A stretch of DNA of 64,000 bases. Source: Bacteroidota bacterium. Its GTDB lineage: Bacteria; Bacteroidota; Bacteroidia; 2-12-FULL-35-15. Both the position numbers and the translations under genes were made by a program. Positions 1 through 10,600 of the stretch are shown piece by piece. Every line of letters begins with the position of its first letter. Position 1 is the first letter of the stretch. The stretch lies in the NCBI GenBank assembly GCA_023251805.1, contig JAHEYB010000001.1, positions 104,384-168,383 on the forward strand, in the 5' to 3' direction. The notes under the pieces are model-generated. The model ran no database searches. It saw nothing but the letters and a program-made list of their open reading frames with translations, and was not told where the DNA came from.

Positions 1-2093
1 GTTGATTTTGTAATATTAATGCTCGCTCCCAATTTTAGATTTCCAGCAAATGAAGATTTCTTTTTTGAATAACCTAAATTGGATGCGTCAATCTCATTGT
101 AAAATAAATTGCCGCTTAAATTCATTGTAAGTATTTTTTTGAACCTCCATGCAAATATCATTTCCAATCCGGCATACTGACTGCTGGAAAGATTTTCTAC
201 GGTTGTAAGCAAGGTTGTATCATTAATATATTTACTAACTTCTGTAAAACCATCGTATTTATATTTATAATAAATGCTGGGGACAAATGTGAATGTATCA
301 TTCTTAAATTGATAACCCAATTCGATAGAATGTATTTGTTCGGGCTTAAGCAAAGGATTTCCGGCATACAAATTTCTAGGGTCATCGTATTCAGGGAAAG
401 GATTCAGCTCATCTCCTTCTGGGCGCTCCACACGCTTACTATAACTTAATTGAACTTCTGCATTGTCACTCATCTCAAGTGAAAGATGTATTGTTGGATA
501 AAGTTTAAAATAGTTTTGTTTTACCACCGAGTCTAGCGTAATCAAATTTGATGTGATGTCTGCGTTTTCTCCTCGTAAACCAAGTTCAACTCCAAAATCC
601 TCAATCGACTGAGCATAGGTAATGTACCCCGAATTAATAATTTGTCCGAATTTAAATTGATTCGATTTTCCAATGTCTTTTATCCAAGTGTTCAAACTAT
701 CTTCAAAACGTTCACCATAAAAATTAAAATCCTGATTTATCCATTCAGTAGTATAGCCAATTTCAATTTCAACATCTTCATTTATTGCATTGGCATATTC
801 AACAACCGCTTCTCCTCCTTTTTCTTTTTGACCAATGATCGTATTGTCATAGGTGTTAGGCGATGATGGATTATAATAGATAGAAGTAAATTTATTGCTT
901 TCCTGTTCGTAATGGTCTGTAAGATTTAATTCAAAATTTAATGTGTGGTCTTCCTTTTTGAACTTGTGTTCTAAATAAGCAGCAATTTCTTTATCCCATT
1001 CATACTCGTTATTCAAACGATTACGATTAAAGTTATTTATAATCTGCTCGGAGCTATCAGAAATGCTAGTGTTCGCTTCTTCGGTTTGTAAAAAATCAAC
1101 ATAAAAATAATCACCCGAAACGCCAATAGTATTTTTACTGTTTATATCATAATCCATCCCTAAGCTGGCGGTATGTGACTGAGGGCGATAGTTTGCAACG
1201 TTGTTATAATCATATTTACTTATTAAATTTTGAGAGGAATCTCTAATCAAACGAAAATCAGTAGAAGTTCTTATTCGGTAATCTTGACGAAAACCATAAT
1301 TCCCATAAATGTTTAATTTCCCCGGTTTGTAGTTTAGAGAAATAGAAGAATTATAGCGATCGTTGGTCCCGGCATTTGCTGTTAAGGTTCCATTCAATCC
1401 CATTTTTGTGTCTTTTTTCAAAACAATATTTATGATTCCTGCTGTGCCATCAGGTTTGTATTTTGCCGATGGGTTGGTAATAATCTCAATTCGTTCAATA
1501 GTGCTTGCAGGAATTTGTTGTAATGCATTTGCTGAATTTAGTCGCATCATTGAAGAAGGTCTTCCATTAATTAAAATGGTAACATTGGCAGAACCTCTCA
1601 AAGTTACAATTCCATCAACACCAACTGAAACTGAAGGAATGTTTTCTAAAATCTGGCTAACAGAGCCGGATGTGCTCATGATATCCTTCCCTACATTGTA
1701 TATTTTTTTATCGATAGCTGTTTCCATCAGCGATTTTTCTTCACTTACTTCAACTCCACCTAAAGTATGAATGGAGGGACTGATTGAGATTATTCCTTTA
1801 TCGATTTGAACATCAGCTGCAATAGAAAAAATAGGAGTCTTAATGGTTTCGAATCCAATAAAACTGATTTCCAAAAAATAATTTCCTTCCTTAATATCGA
1901 AAATTGAAAATGCACCATCTTTATCACTTAACACGCCTTTTAAAAGTGTGCTATCCTGATACAAGGCAATATTCACAAATTCCATTGGTTCTTTGGTCGA
2001 CTGCTCAACAATTTTGCCCGTAACAACAGAAGAGTAGGAGGTAATTGTTGAACAGAAAAAAAAGAGTAAAAAGAATGTATATTTTGTTTTCAT
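1..2093 (-). CDS. TonB-dependent outer-membrane receptor, C-terminus beyond left edge
   Basis: Absent from the ORF track because no stop lies in the window. Own translation from ATG 2093..2091: MKTKYTFFLLFFFCSTITSYSSVVTGKIVEQSTKEPMEFVNIALYQDS (signal peptide plus carboxypeptidase-regulatory-like domain). Later come ..IPSVSVGVDGIVTLRGS.. (plug) and ..GNPLLKPEQIHSIELGY.. (barrel). The frame stays open to position 3. Confidence 0.85.
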   Translation of the reverse strand, partial: MKTKYTFFLLFFFCSTITSYSSVVTGKIVEQSTKEPMEFVNIALYQDSTLLKGVLSDKDGAFSIFDIKEGNYFLEISFIGFETIKTPIFSIAADVQIDKGIISISPSIHTLGGVEVSEEKSLMETAIDKKIYNVGKDIMSTSGSVSQILENIPSVSVGVDGIVTLRGSANVTILINGRPSSMMRLNSANALQQIPASTIERIEIITNPSAKYKPDGTAGIINIVLKKDTKMGLNGTLTANAGTNDRYNSSISLNYKPGKLNIYGNYGFRQDYRIRTSTDFRLIRDSSQNLISKYDYNNVANYRPQSHTASLGMDYDINSKNTIGVSGDYFYVDFLQTEEANTSISDSSEQIINNFNRNRLNNEYEWDKEIAAYLEHKFKKEDHTLNFELNLTDHYEQESNKFTSIYYNPSSPNTYDNTIIGQKEKGGEAVVEYANAINEDVEIEIGYTTEWINQDFNFYGERFEDSLNTWIKDIGKSNQFKFGQIINSGYITYAQSIEDFGVELGLRGENADITSNLITLDSVVKQNYFKLYPTIHLSLEMSDNAEVQLSYSKRVERPEGDELNPFPEYDDPRNLYAGNPLLKPEQIHSIELGYQFKNDTFTFVPSIYYKYKYDGFTEVSKYINDTTLLTTVENLSSSQYAGLEMIFAWRFKKILTMNLSGNLFYNEIDASNLGYSKKKSSFAGNLKLGASINITKS

Positions 2094-2193
2094 TGGATAT
2101 AAGACGAATTGCGATACAATAATAAAGAGTAATTCTGTTGGAATTCTGTGGCTGAACCTTCCGAATTCAAACTTCAGATTTCCGAATTTCCTT

Positions 2194-2283
2194 CAGTCCT
2201 CAATCCCAATATGAATCAAGGCATCACCTTGGTTTACCACTGATTGGTTATTGACTCCAACAACATAACCATCAGCTAGCTGG
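2194..2283 (-). pseudogene. Relic of the 3' end of an astE/aspA-family gene (duplicate of 3784..3873)
   Basis: Reverse-strand translation ..QLADGYVVGVNNQSVVNQGDALIHIGIED* matches the intact neighbour's C-terminus ..SPADGYIVGINNQPVVNQGDALMHIGIEE*. 70/79 nt are identical (2199..2277 vs 3790..3868). No upstream coding continuation. Confidence 0.7.
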
Positions 2284-2301
2284 AGAAAACTTTTTATGTA
2301 A

Positions 2302-3762
2302 TTAACTCTTTTTCATTCTAGTAAAAACTTTCTGAATATATTTTTCAGTAGGAAGTAAGCTCTTCTGTATTCTTCTTGCATAGTAGATACTATCAATAAT
2401 TTCTTTTTGTTTTTCTTCAATAATATCTCTCTGTAATTCAACTTCTTGTTTTTGAGCAGTGATAATTTCGTTTGATTTCTTTTTGTGGGTATATCCGCGA
2501 TAAACAACAAAAGCAAGTATAAGCATCAAAACAAATCCACCTGCAAAGGCCAGTTTCTGAATATTTTGTCTTTTCACTTCTGCTGATTGTTTTTCGATTT
2601 CTGATTGCTGAAGAGCTTTTTCGTTTTTTAAATTTATGATTTGTAACGCTTTTTTTTCTGTTTGATATTTTGTTTCCATTTCAGCCACTTGTTTGGAGCT
2701 TTCTCCGTTTAGAACGCTGTCTTTTACTTGAGTATAAAGCAAATGGTACTCGTAGGCGCCTTTATAGTCGTTGTATTTTTCAAATGTTTTAGCTAATGAT
2801 TGATAAACGTGTTGGATTAATAATATATATTTTAGTTGTTTCGCAAGCTCCAAGCTTTTTAAATAATTTTCTTTTGCTTTTCCGTAGTTTCCTTCGTTGT
2901 AATATTGTTCTCCTATATTTGCATATCCAACAGCAATGTTTTCTTTGTCTCCTAATTCTTCAAACAGTTCTAAAGAAAGAGCAAATAATTCATGAGCTTT
3001 TTTATTTTCCCCTGATTTGCCATGCGCCTCTGCAAGTCGGCTATAATTACCGGCAACTCCTCTTTTATCTCCTAAGCGACTTTTTATTTCTAATGCTTTG
3101 GTATAATTCGCAATTTGTTTTTTGTATTCACCTCTATTCCCAAAAATAATTCCTTGATTATTTAAGGCTGATGCAATTCCCAATGAATCGTTTATTTCTT
3201 CGGAAATAATTAATCCTTTAGATATATATTCCAATGCTTTTTCTTCATTGCCTTGTTCCGAAAAAATATTTGAAAGACCAATATATGCGTAGGCCATTCC
3301 TTGCTTATTGCCAATTTCTTCAAAGATTTTTATGCACTTCATATAATAACTTGTGCAAGTTTTATAATCTCCCTTTGAATGATATACTCCTGCTAAATTA
3401 TTATATCGTTTGGCTGCACTTTTTTTATCTTTAATAGATAAACAGATGTCTAAGGATTTATTGTAGTAGTCAATTGCTAGATCATAGTTTCCCGACTTTT
3501 CAGCAATCTCGCCCATTAAGTGATAAGATGCAATAAGTCCATTTGTAAACTTAACTTTTTGTGAGAGACTAAAACATTCTCTGGAATATTTACCGGCTTT
3601 AGTAGTATCAGAATAGGCATATTTAAAGCCAGCTCTGTACCATGCCATTGCTCTTAATGTATCATCTTTAATAGAATTTATTCTGAGAGAAGTGCTATCA
3701 GTAGTTGCTTTCCCTAATGTGCTTAGAAAAATAGCAAAGGAAAACAAAAAAATCTTTTTCAT
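2302..3762 (-). CDS. TPR-repeat membrane sensor protein, apparently truncated before its output domain
   Basis: 486-aa ORF with a signal peptide, many TPR-like repeats (..YNNLAGVYHSKGDY.., ..YSRLAEAHGKSGE..), a coiled coil and one TM helix (FAGGFVLMLILAFVVY). It ends 20 aa after IIDSIYYARRIQKSLLP. From memory, that motif opens SpoIIE/PP2C phosphatase domains in Bacteroidota sensors. Confidence 0.75.
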   Translation of the reverse strand: MKKIFLFSFAIFLSTLGKATTDSTSLRINSIKDDTLRAMAWYRAGFKYAYSDTTKAGKYSRECFSLSQKVKFTNGLIASYHLMGEIAEKSGNYDLAIDYYNKSLDICLSIKDKKSAAKRYNNLAGVYHSKGDYKTCTSYYMKCIKIFEEIGNKQGMAYAYIGLSNIFSEQGNEEKALEYISKGLIISEEINDSLGIASALNNQGIIFGNRGEYKKQIANYTKALEIKSRLGDKRGVAGNYSRLAEAHGKSGENKKAHELFALSLELFEELGDKENIAVGYANIGEQYYNEGNYGKAKENYLKSLELAKQLKYILLIQHVYQSLAKTFEKYNDYKGAYEYHLLYTQVKDSVLNGESSKQVAEMETKYQTEKKALQIINLKNEKALQQSEIEKQSAEVKRQNIQKLAFAGGFVLMLILAFVVYRGYTHKKKSNEIITAQKQEVELQRDIIEEKQKEIIDSIYYARRIQKSLLPTEKYIQKVFTRMKKS

Positions 3763-3783
3763 ATTATTTAATTTAAATAAACT

Positions 3784-4737
3784 CTACTCCTCAATCCCAA
3801 TATGCATCAAAGCATCACCTTGGTTCACCACAGGTTGGTTGTTGATTCCAACAATATAGCCATCAGCTGGGGAAATTAGTTTTTCATCGTGTTCCCCGTA
3901 TGGGTCACAGATGCGTCCAATGATTTCTCCTTTTCTGATATGAGAACCATTTGTTTTGGAAGTATGAAACAAACCGGATGATTTTGCTCTCACCCAAGTT
4001 GATTTATTTAAGAATACTGTTGGATTATTTGGAAGATCGGTCTTTAACATTTTTAAATGTTTCATCAAGCGAATACAACCATTCATTCCTTCGTTGATAG
4101 ATAAGTAATCGAAACGAGAAGATTCTCCGCCTTCAAATACCAAAATGGATTTCCCTTTTCTGGAAGCTTCTTTCCGTAGCGTATTATCACGGAAAGGAGA
4201 ATTGATAATCATTGCTGGAGAAAATTTTTTCCCCAAATCCAAATTCACTTTATTGCCAAATACACAACGCAACTGCGGGTAGTTGTTAATTTTTGCTCCG
4301 CCAGTATGAAAATCTATTCCAAAATCAATTTGTGGAATAATCTCATTCATTAAGTCGTAAGCAATTCTACCTCCCAATGAACCATTTTTTGTTCCTGGGA
4401 AACAACGGTTCAAATCTCTGCCATCGGGCAAATCGCGTGAGCCCGATAAAAACGAAATAATATTGATGACAGGAATCGCAATGATGCTTCCACACAAAGG
4501 TTTTTTTACATCATCACGTGTAATGAGCCTCCGTACAATTTCAATTCCATTAATTTCATCACCATGCATTCCTGCAAGAATCAATAGAGTAGGGCCTGGA
4601 TTTTTAGAACGAAAAACATAAACAGGGATTTCAATAACTGTTTTTGTTGGTAGTTGATACCAATTCAAACTCACCTGAGCATTTTGCCCAGGCTTAATAT
4701 CCATTCCGTTGATGTGTAAGTTTTTTGGTTCTGCCAT
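3784..4737 (-). CDS. Succinylglutamate desuccinylase/aspartoacylase (AstE/AspA, M14-like) family protein
   Basis: 317-aa ORF. LILAGMHGDEINGIEIVRRL zinc-ligand region and ..DFHTGG.. are typical of the family. Sits beside rimK. Confidence 0.85.
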   Translation of the reverse strand: MAEPKNLHINGMDIKPGQNAQVSLNWYQLPTKTVIEIPVYVFRSKNPGPTLLILAGMHGDEINGIEIVRRLITRDDVKKPLCGSIIAIPVINIISFLSGSRDLPDGRDLNRCFPGTKNGSLGGRIAYDLMNEIIPQIDFGIDFHTGGAKINNYPQLRCVFGNKVNLDLGKKFSPAMIINSPFRDNTLRKEASRKGKSILVFEGGESSRFDYLSINEGMNGCIRLMKHLKMLKTDLPNNPTVFLNKSTWVRAKSSGLFHTSKTNGSHIRKGEIIGRICDPYGEHDEKLISPADGYIVGINNQPVVNQGDALMHIGIEE

Positions 4738-4764
4738 TTGTAAATTCTAATTTTCATGAGTATC

Positions 4765-4940
4765 GTCATCCCGTGTCCGACACAGGACCACATTGTTGTG
4801 AGCAGTTATTAAGTAACAATTTTCCTCCCCCTGCTCCCTCCAGGGGGGGCATGCTCCGATTCAAATTAAATGTTAACAAACACAGATCTGCCTACAGCAG
4901 CCAGGTTCGTAAATTCGTTTTTTTTATTCGTAATTCGTAC
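4765..4940. repeat. Repeat-filled spacer between astE-like gene and rimK
   Basis: Contains gtcatcccgtgtccgacacaggac (4765..4788). Also tcctccccctgctccctccagggggggcatgctccg (4823..4858), the reverse complement of the family at 14127..14163. Also ttcgtaaattcg / attcgtaattcgtac words (4906..4940), related to 7588..7615 and 16127..16165. Confidence 0.7.
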
Positions 4941-5828
4941 TTATGGCTCATGATTAAACTCATTCCTCTCCACATACTCAATAATTTTTCCTGCAATATC
5001 CACACCTGTTGCTCCTTCAATTCCTTCCAATCCTGGAGATGAATTTACTTCCATCACCAATGGTCCGCGTGCCGATTGTAACATATCTACACCGGCAATT
5101 GCAAGCCCTAATTTTTTTGCAGCTTTGATGGCTGTTTCTCTTTCTTCTTTAGATAATTCTAGAACGTTTGCTTTTCCACCACGGTGTAAATTACTTCTGA
5201 ATTCACCTGGTGCTCCTTGACGCTTCATGGCACCAACAATTTTTCCATCTACAATGAATGCACGAATATCTGCTCCACCAGCCTCTTTAATAAATTCTTG
5301 TACGAGTATATTTGCTTTTAGTGCCAAAAAAGATTCAATCACCGATTTTGCTGATTTATGCGTCTCCGCTAAAATCACACCGATGCCTTGTGTTCCTTCT
5401 AATAATTTAATCACAACTGGAGCACCACCAACTTGTTCCAATACATTATCGATGTTTCTTGGCGCAGATGCAAATGCTGTTTTCGGCATTCCAATTCCTG
5501 CTTTCGCCAATAGTTGTAAGCTGCGCAATTTATCACGTGAACGAACCAATGCTTGTGATTCCACAGAAGAAAAAACTTTCATTTGTTCAAACTGACGCAC
5601 AACTGCCGCTCCGTAAAATGTTACCGATGTTCCAATTCTTGGAATAATCGCATCAATTCCAACCACCTCTTTCCCATTGTAAAAAATATGTGGATTGCCT
5701 TTTTCGATAACCAACACGCATTTCAAATGGTCGAGCACAACCACCTCATGCCCTCTTTGTTCCGCAGCTTCTACTAATCTACGAGTAGAGTAAAGTTTCG
5801 GACCGCGTGATAAAATTGCTATTTTCAT
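4941..5828 (-). CDS. rimK: Ribosomal protein S6 glutamate ligase-type ATP-grasp enzyme RimK
   Basis: 295-aa ORF starting [32 protein letters not shown]-grasp motifs ..[14 protein letters not shown].. and ..[26 protein letters not shown].. Confidence 0.92.
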   Translation of the reverse strand: MKIAILSRGPKLYSTRRLVEAAEQRGHEVVVLDHLKCVLVIEKGNPHIFYNGKEVVGIDAIIPRIGTSVTFYGAAVVRQFEQMKVFSSVESQALVRSRDKLRSLQLLAKAGIGMPKTAFASAPRNIDNVLEQVGGAPVVIKLLEGTQGIGVILAETHKSAKSVIESFLALKANILVQEFIKEAGGADIRAFIVDGKIVGAMKRQGAPGEFRSNLHRGGKANVLELSKEERETAIKAAKKLGLAIAGVDMLQSARGPLVMEVNSSPGLEGIEGATGVDIAGKIIEYVERNEFNHEP

Positions 5829-5857
5829 TTTTTAACTATTGTTTTTATTATCTAAAA

Positions 5858-5901
5858 TTGCCCTGCGCCTACGCTGAAGCTTCTGCGAAAGCGTAAGGCA
5901 A
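5858..5901. repeat. Imperfect nested hairpin built from CTGCG words, in the rimK / protease spacer
   Basis: ttgccctgcgcctacgctgaagcttctgcgaaagcgtaaggcaa. The outer arms ttgcc..ggcaa pair, and gaagcttc is a central palindrome. Another atctgcg word lies at about 5975..5981. Confidence 0.5.
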
Positions 5902-6001
5902 TAAAATCTGTTTAACACTTAATTACGTTAGCAAAAAGTAAAAAATCATTTTTTATCATGAAAATCATAAAAAATCTGCGTTCCAATTCCACTCAGCTCA
6001 T

Positions 6002-6430
6002 TTATTTATTCAAAGGAGTCAAATTAAACAACAAACTCACATCCACAATAAATTTATTCTTCAACAACTTTCTTCCAATCAAAACAGGATAACGCATAGT
6101 CCCTCTATCGGTTAACGAAATTACTGATTTTATACGTTTCTTCCCAATTCTGATAATCGTTTTTATGATGTATCGTTTTTCAGATTCTCCGAACGAATTT
6201 TTTATTTCTTTTTGAGAATAGGCTGTGAATTTTTGTTCTTTTTCTGTATAGTCTGGATGTGAAGGATCTAATAATTTGAAATACAAAACTCCGTTTTCTT
6301 CCCTTATATCATGACAATGCAAAGCCGTTGTATAAGCACCCGTATCTATTTTTGCGGTGATGCCATACAATCCCAGTTCCGGGAAATCAATGTGTTCTCT
6401 TCTTCCTATTGTTAGTTTTGCCTTGGCCAT
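6002..6430 (-). CDS. Retropepsin-like protease (family annotated ATP-dependent zinc protease / DUF785, RimB-like)
   Basis: 142-aa ORF. ..IGRREHIDFPELGLYGITAKIDTGAYTTALHCHDI.. carries the DTG aspartic-protease signature typical of rimK-linked proteases. Confidence 0.8.
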   Translation of the reverse strand: MAKAKLTIGRREHIDFPELGLYGITAKIDTGAYTTALHCHDIREENGVLYFKLLDPSHPDYTEKEQKFTAYSQKEIKNSFGESEKRYIIKTIIRIGKKRIKSVISLTDRGTMRYPVLIGRKLLKNKFIVDVSLLFNLTPLNK

Positions 6431-6495
6431 TAGGATGCAAGATAAAAATTTTTAATCAAAGATTTAATACTAATTTTAAGGCTGTATTTAAGTAA

Positions 6496-7554
6496 ATGAA
6501 TAAAAAAACGGATTATATAATAGTCGGACAAGGTTTAGCAGGAAGCATTCTGGCTTTAACGCTTTTGAAAAGAGGGAAATCTGTTGTTGTAATAGATAAT
6601 GCCACGCAAAACACTGCTTCAAAAATTGCTGCTGGCTTGTACAATCCTGTCGTTTTTAAGCGCCTTGTTAAAAGTTGGTTAGCCGATGATTTACTTCCTT
6701 ATATGGATAAATTTTATCCTGAAATGGAAAAACAGTTGGGGACAAAATTTTACTTTTCAAAACGCATCTTAAAACCCTTTGCTGAAGAGCAAGAAAAAAT
6801 ACTTTGGCTAAAAAAAATAGAAGAACCTATTGGAAAATATTTGAATTCAACCATTTATACCGAAGATCTGAATGGCATTGTATATAACCCTTTGGGAATA
6901 TCTGAAGTGAAGCATGCAGGAAATTTAGATGCGATTAAGTTTTTGAATTCAAGCAAAGAATATCTTGTCAAAAATAATTTTTTTTCAGAAGAACAATTTG
7001 ATTATAACGCGCTTGTCTTGAATGAAAATTCTGTAACCTACAAAGAAGTTTCTGCAGATAAAATTATTTTTTGTGAAGGACAAAAAGCAACAGAAAATCC
7101 GCATTTCAAATGGCTTCCTTTTAAACTTACCAAAGGTGAAATCATCACCATTAAATTAGCTCCAGGATATTCAATTCCGGATGAAATTGTCATCAATAAA
7201 GCCGTTTTTATTCTTCCAATTGGAAATGATATGTATAAAGTAGGAGCGACTTACGAATGGAACGATCTTAGAGAGAACATCACTGAAAAAGGGAAGCTCG
7301 ATTTGATAGAAAAGCTCGAAAAAGTGCTAAAAATCCCTTATGAAATCATTCAACACCAAGCTGGAATTCGCCCAACAGTGAACGACCGCAGACCATTGAT
7401 TGGACTGCATCCCGAACATCCTCAATTGGCTGTTTTTAATGGAATGGGAACCAAAGGCGTTATGCTCGCTCCGTTTTTTGCCAACCAGTTTGCCGATTTC
7501 CTTGAAAATCAATCCCCACTTGATAAAGAGGTAGATATAGTCCGTTTCTTCTGA
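6496..7554 (+). CDS. FAD-dependent oxidoreductase (DAO/glycine-oxidase-like)
   Basis: 352-aa ORF. N-terminal Rossmann dinucleotide motif DYIIVGQGLAGSILA. Confidence 0.8.
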   Translation: MNKKTDYIIVGQGLAGSILALTLLKRGKSVVVIDNATQNTASKIAAGLYNPVVFKRLVKSWLADDLLPYMDKFYPEMEKQLGTKFYFSKRILKPFAEEQEKILWLKKIEEPIGKYLNSTIYTEDLNGIVYNPLGISEVKHAGNLDAIKFLNSSKEYLVKNNFFSEEQFDYNALVLNENSVTYKEVSADKIIFCEGQKATENPHFKWLPFKLTKGEIITIKLAPGYSIPDEIVINKAVFILPIGNDMYKVGATYEWNDLRENITEKGKLDLIEKLEKVLKIPYEIIQHQAGIRPTVNDRRPLIGLHPEHPQLAVFNGMGTKGVMLAPFFANQFADFLENQSPLDKEVDIVRFF

Positions 7555-7563
7555 TTTTTATTC

Positions 7564-7615
7564 GTCACCCTGAGCGGAGTCGAAGGGCGTAATTCGTAAA
7601 AATTCGTAATTCGTA
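7564..7615. repeat. Dispersed word repeats (GAGCGGAGTCGAAG family plus ATTCGTA words)
   Basis: gtcaccctgagcggagtcgaaggg (7564..7587) is followed by cgtaattcgtaaaaattcgtaattcgtag (7588..7615), directly after the stop at 7554. Confidence 0.75.
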
Positions 7616-7686
7616 GTCTTTCCCTTATGGAATTTTGAATTAAATTGCATCTAATGGTGGAACCATTAAAATTTAAATCAAAAGAT

Positions 7687-10600
7687 ATGAAATTGAGGAA
7701 GATTCTTTTAATCGCTATTGCTACTATAGCAACGATTGCAGGTGCTGTAACCCTTACAGCTTACCAAACAAACAACAAAAAAACCGTATTAATCTTCCCC
7801 AAAGGAAGCACTTATTCAAAAGAGTGGAAAAAGGTAGACTCTTTAGCTGCAAAAGGACTCACCAAATCGGCTTTGGAAGTAGTTGCCGGAATTTATGATA
7901 AAGCAAAATCCGAAAACAATGCTCCTCAATTTGTAAAAGCAATCATTCATCGAATGAAGTTTGAACAATATATGGAAGAATATTCTTTGGTAAAAGCACT
8001 CAATAAATTAAATGAGGAAGCTAAAGAAGCCAAATATCCTGTGAAACCAATTTTGCAATCCATGATTGCCGAAAGTTATTGGAACTACTACCAACAAAAT
8101 CGTTATCGTTTTTACAATCGTACCGAAACTGTAAATTTTGATAATGATGATATTACCACTTGGGATTTAAAAACGATTTTTACAAAAGTGCTTGAAAATT
8201 ATCAAGCATCACTCCAAAGTACCGACAGCTTAAAGCGGACTCCTTTAAATGTATATGATGAAGTATTAATAAAACAAACCAACTCCAGAAAATTTCGTCC
8301 AACACTTTACGACTTTCTTGCTCATCGTGCTGTTGATTTTTATTCTAACGAAGAACCGGACATTACCCGACCTGCATATAAATTTGAATTGAACTCCGAA
8401 AGCTATTTCTGGAATTTTAATGATTTTGTCAAAATAAATATTGAATCGAAAGATACACTTTCCTCAAAATTTTATGCAATTAAAATATTGCAAGATTTAG
8501 TCGCTTTTCACTCAAAAGATGCAAACCCACAATCGCTTATTGATGTTGAATTAAAACGATTGAAATTTGTAAAGAAAAATTCTATTTCTGAAATCAAGGA
8601 TAGTTTATATTTTTCTGCTTTGCAAAACTTAGAAGCAAAATTTGCAAGCGACCAATCTTCATCCGAAGTAAGTTATGAAATTGCACAAGTGTATTTCGAA
8701 AAGGCCGGAAAATATAATCCACTGCAGTCGGACGAGAACTTGTCCGAAGAAGCTTTAGCGAAGTCGGATAAGTGGATGAAAAAACAAGCTTTGGAGTTGT
8801 GTGAAGCAACAATAAAAAAATATCCTTCCAGTGATGGTGCTCAAGATTGCGAAGCGTTGAAAGGTAGAATAGTTGAAAAAACAGTTGATTTTATTACCGA
8901 TAAAGTATACGCTCCAAATGCTCCTTCTCGTGCCTTGGTGACGTACAAAAATTTAAAAACGGTTTATGTGCGTGTCGCACAAATGGATATTGACAAATAC
9001 AATAAATCCATTGAGCGTTATTATGGAGAAAATCTTATCAAACAATATTTAAAGTTAACTTCTGTAAAAGAATTTACTGTTGAATTGCCTGATGATGGAG
9101 ATTATCAACCTCATTCCACCGAAATTAAAATTCCTGAGTTACCTCTTGGCCATTATGTAATTTTAATTGGTTCCGATAAAACATTTTCCTACAAAAATCA
9201 GGGCGTTGCATATGCAGCAACGTGGGTATCCAACATTAGTTACATCAATCGTAGAATGACCAATGGCAGCTACGATTTTTATTTGCAACATCGCGAAACC
9301 GGAGCTCCGTTAAAAGGTGTTTCTGCACAATTGTATTACGAAAAATACAATTACACTTCTCGCAAATACGAATATGTAAAATCTGAAAAATATACATCCA
9401 ACGAATTTGGATATTTTAATGTTCCCGCTACAACAGAGTACAGAAATTTCACAATTGATTTTTCTTACAAAGCAATAAATGGTCCGACACCAATTTCAGA
9501 TGAAACCGACCATTTGCAAACAGAAAATGGAATTTATCAATACAGAACGTATGAAAAGGATAAAAATAAATATCCAAAAACATTTTTCTTTTTAGACAGA
9601 GGAATTTATCGCCCAGGACAAACGGTTTACTTCAAAGGGATTATGATTAAAACCGATGGCGAAACAAATGAGTTGATGACCAGTACCAATACAACAGTTA
9701 CATTTTATGATGTGAATTATCAAAAAGTAGCAGATGTAAATTTAACTACCAATGAGTATGGTTCTTTCAGTGGAACATTCACCGCTCCAATGGGTGTTTT
9801 AAACGGACAAATGAGTTTAGCTAACGGAAGCGGAACAGTATATTTTTCGGTTGAAGAATATAAGCGTCCGAAGTTTGAAGTGAAATTTAATCCGGTTATC
9901 GGAAGTTATCGCTTGAATGAAAATATAAAAGTAAATGGAAATGCAAAAGCTTATTCCGGAGCTAGTATTGATGGTGCTGAAGTAAAATACCGTGTGGTGC
10001 GAAATGCATCCTTCCCATATTGGTGGTATTGGTGGAGAGGTTATTATCCACAATCGGCACAAATGGAAATTGTAAATGGAACAACAGTTTCAAATGATAC
10101 AGGCGCTTTTTTTGTCGATTTTAAAGCAATTCCTGATTTGAGTATTCCTAAATCGTATCAACCAACCTATTCTTATACCATTTATGCAGATGTAACAGAT
10201 ATCAATGGTGAAACACATAGTTCGCAAACGTATGTAAGTGCAGCTTATACTGCTTTGAATTTAAGTGTGAACATTTCTTCTCTATTAGAAAAAGAAAGCA
10301 AAGAGGTGTTTGCTATTTCTACAACAAATATGAGTGGACAGTTTGAGCCTGGCAAAGGGAATATAGAAATCTACAAATTAATTGAACCTGAAAAAACATA
10401 TCGTGCACGTTCTTGGTCGCAACCCGATAAATATATCATTAGTAAAGAAGATTTTGAAAAATCGTATCCAAAAGATGAGTACAAGGATGAAAACAATATG
10501 TACAAATGGAAGCGAGGAGAAAAAGTATTTGAAAAAATATTTTCAAATACAACTGCAATGGTTCCATCAAAAACGGGTGGTTCCACAAAAGTAAACACCT

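Noticed and set aside
197-1770. Track ORFs 197..385(-), 642..866(+) and 1363..1770(+)
   Set aside because: All lie within or antisense to the long open TonB-dependent receptor frame (1..2093, minus). That frame has clear family motifs and these do not.
4725-5042. 105-aa plus-strand ORF spanning the astE-like/rimK spacer
   Set aside because: It runs through repeat words and then antisense into rimK. No motif or signal is present.
7645-7686. Upstream start (MHLMVEPLKFKSKD) for the A2M gene
   Set aside because: It uses a non-ATG start. ATG 7687 yields a proper signal-anchor N-terminus.
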